Program-made: the position numbers and the translations under genes
Assembly: GCA_963708075.1 (NCBI GenBank)
Contig: OY970194.1
Location: 4,672,001-4,736,000, forward strand
Origin: Sedimentisphaerales bacterium
Lineage (GTDB): Bacteria; Planctomycetota; Phycisphaerae; Sedimentisphaerales; Anaerobacaceae
Length of the DNA stretch: 64,000 nucleotides
Direction of reading: 5' to 3'
Shown: positions 62,368-64,000 of the stretch, piece after piece
Position numbering within the stretch: the stretch's first letter is position 1
How the letters are laid out: each line of letters starts with the position of its first letter
Notes under the pieces: model-generated
What the model saw: the letters and a program-made list of their open reading frames with translations, nothing else
What the model was told of the DNA's origin: nothing
Database searches by the model: none

Positions 62368-62722
62368 GGGGGCGAATGGCTTCGACCGGATCGCGGATGG
62401 AGAAGCTGCGTGCCCAGGACGCCGGTTGGCCTGGTTAATCATCCGGTACCTAATTCTAATTGGCAACTACCAGTATGCCATGGCGGCGTAATTAACGCTG
62501 CCCGTCCTGTCGGACTGCGCCTGCGGGTCTGATAAGGGCGTCACTTAGTGGGCTGGTCTCTGTCGGTCGTCCGGGCCGACGGAGGCGAGATGCACCGGAA
62601 TAGCTGAGTACAGAGCCTGTCGTTCGGCGCTGTGCGAGGCGAAATCTCAATGGAGCGACTACGCATGTAGCATGCTTGTCCTGAAACATCTCGGGACGGG
62701 GGTTCGAATCCCCCCGCCTCCA
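62368..62722 (+). ncRNA. ssrA: tmRNA
   Basis: 5' GGGGGCGAATGGCTTCGAC; 3' GGGGTTCGAATCCCCCCGCCTCCA with alanyl G3-U70 pair; tag ORF 62462-62491 GNYQYAMAA*. Confidence 0.93.
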
Positions 62723-63124
62723 ATCTGTTGGCGACGTCCCACGTTCTTGAGATTGCTCCATTGGAGCGTGGGGATGTCTGCTCAACAACAAATCAATTCC
62801 GCCGCTTCGCGACGGGAGTTTGCCGTTTTGTGGCGTCCAGCATGATTCAGGCTGCCGCACCATTCAAACGATGGTTCGCGGCCGGTGCGTACGATCAACC
62901 ATGCGGGTGGCTCCAAAGCGATAGACTCCCTGCCGACGACCGCCGGCAGGTTCCCACAGGTTCCCAAACGGATCGTGTGACCGGGGAGCCAACAAGCTTG
63001 GGAGCAGAAACTCAGGGATTTGGGACGTTGCCAATTTGTTGGCGGCTCGGAGTGGCTGCGCGGATACGGCGGACCCGGGTATCCCCAGGAGTCTTGCGGG
63101 TATGCACTCTGCGGCGGCCGGGTT

Positions 63125-64000
63125 CTACTGCACGAGGAGCGAGCTGGTATCAGCCTCCTGGTTTCGGCCATCATAGGCGACGCCGAGATTGAGCCCGCCG
63201 CTGAGGTCGAGGGCCCCCGCCAGCAACTGATTGCCCGACTTGGAAATGTTTCCGGAGACCGTCACGGGGTTGTACCCGAAGTAGAGCGTACCCGAGAGAT
63301 TATAGCTGGCCGTGCCTCCGAGCGTGGTTGGACGGGTGTTGAAAGGCCCGGCCGGAGGGTCGCCGGCAGGCCCGCGGTCCTGCCAGATGCTGATTCCGGG
63401 AAGCCCGTTGATCTGCCGCTGGCCGCCCACCAGGAAGTAGTCGCCCGGGGGGCTCAGCTCGATGTAGCCGTGGCCGAGGACAGTGACCTTGCCTTCCTGC
63501 ACGGTACTGTAGGACGTTTGGGCAATGGTTCCATTGCTTGGAATGTAGATCATCACGCCGTTGCCGATGAGCCTGGCGCCGGCCCCGAGTTGCAGGCCGG
63601 AGGTGCCATCGGCAGCGCCGCCCAGCGCGAAACAGGAGGTTTCCACAGTCCCTCCCATTCTCAGCCGCAGTTCGGTCCGATAGCTTTGGGTGGTGATAAT
63701 ATCGTCCGGCGTGCCGGGGATACCATCGGGCCCGGGAGCGGTGACTTGCTCGCTGCCCGCGCCGGAGATGTTAATTCCGCCGGGATAGAAACCAGGATCA
63801 AGTTCCAGAATCTTCAGGCCCGCATCGGTTGGCGAAGTATACCCTCGCGAGACAATCGTTGTATCCGTGATCGTGGCAGCATCCGGCACGATCATGGCCG
63901 AGACGTCCGGCGGAACGACATCCTGGAGCGGGTCCAGCATGTAATCCTCCCCCGTCCAAACGTTGAACGGGATTTCCGGGGCTGGTGGATACAGACCGGA
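63125..64000 (-). CDS. C-terminal part of a TadG-like pilus assembly / secreted protein (5' end outside the window)
   Basis: Open to the window edge; PGFYPGGI, GVMIY, GISIWQDR, LSGTLYF, C-terminal LVQ. Confidence 0.55.
   Translation of the reverse strand, partial: SGLYPPAPEIPFNVWTGEDYMLDPLQDVVPPDVSAMIVPDAATITDTTIVSRGYTSPTDAGLKILELDPGFYPGGINISGAGSEQVTAPGPDGIPGTPDDIITTQSYRTELRLRMGGTVETSCFALGGAADGTSGLQLGAGARLIGNGVMIYIPSNGTIAQTSYSTVQEGKVTVLGHGYIELSPPGDYFLVGGQRQINGLPGISIWQDRGPAGDPPAGPFNTRPTTLGGTASYNLSGTLYFGYNPVTVSGNISKSGNQLLAGALDLSGGLNLGVAYDGRNQEADTSSLLVQ

Noticed and set aside
62723..64000. Prophage or genomic island at ssrA
   Set aside because: No integrase or att duplication is visible; the downstream gene looks host-like.

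Overview
GC-rich bacterial chromosomal segment. PEP-CTERM/PAP-CTERM proteins, a Tat sulfatase, three ECF sigma/anti-sigma pairs and a secreted beta-helix protein suggest Planctomycetota, probably Phycisphaerae (inference). Core genes are csp, metK, rsmA-pdxA-ribE, a ThyA-like gene, a glyA-like gene, rseP-dxr, ispA, miaA, nrdR, leuA-leuC-leuD-leuB, a degP-like gene and tmRNA. Several carry clusters of single-base frameshifts that look like read or assembly errors. Mobile DNA comprises a complete IS4-family element, a complete ISAs1 element, its 155-bp MITE, and a second 156-bp MITE nested in a REP-like hairpin. The most unusual signal is a set of linked short repeats: (i) a non-coding array of nine ACAAAGCCA cores whose spacers are built from the window's other repeat families; (ii) 7-nt and 9-nt periodic repeats that form inverted pairs at gene junctions, bracket an AT-rich four-helix-bundle gene in the leu operon and sit in frame inside proteins. 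Other candidates are an orphan structured ncRNA, a Leu-rich leader peptide before leuA, and a cyclase-like foreign gene fused to leuC by a 22-bp duplication. All calls come from reading the sequence and ORF track by eye; no database searches were run.
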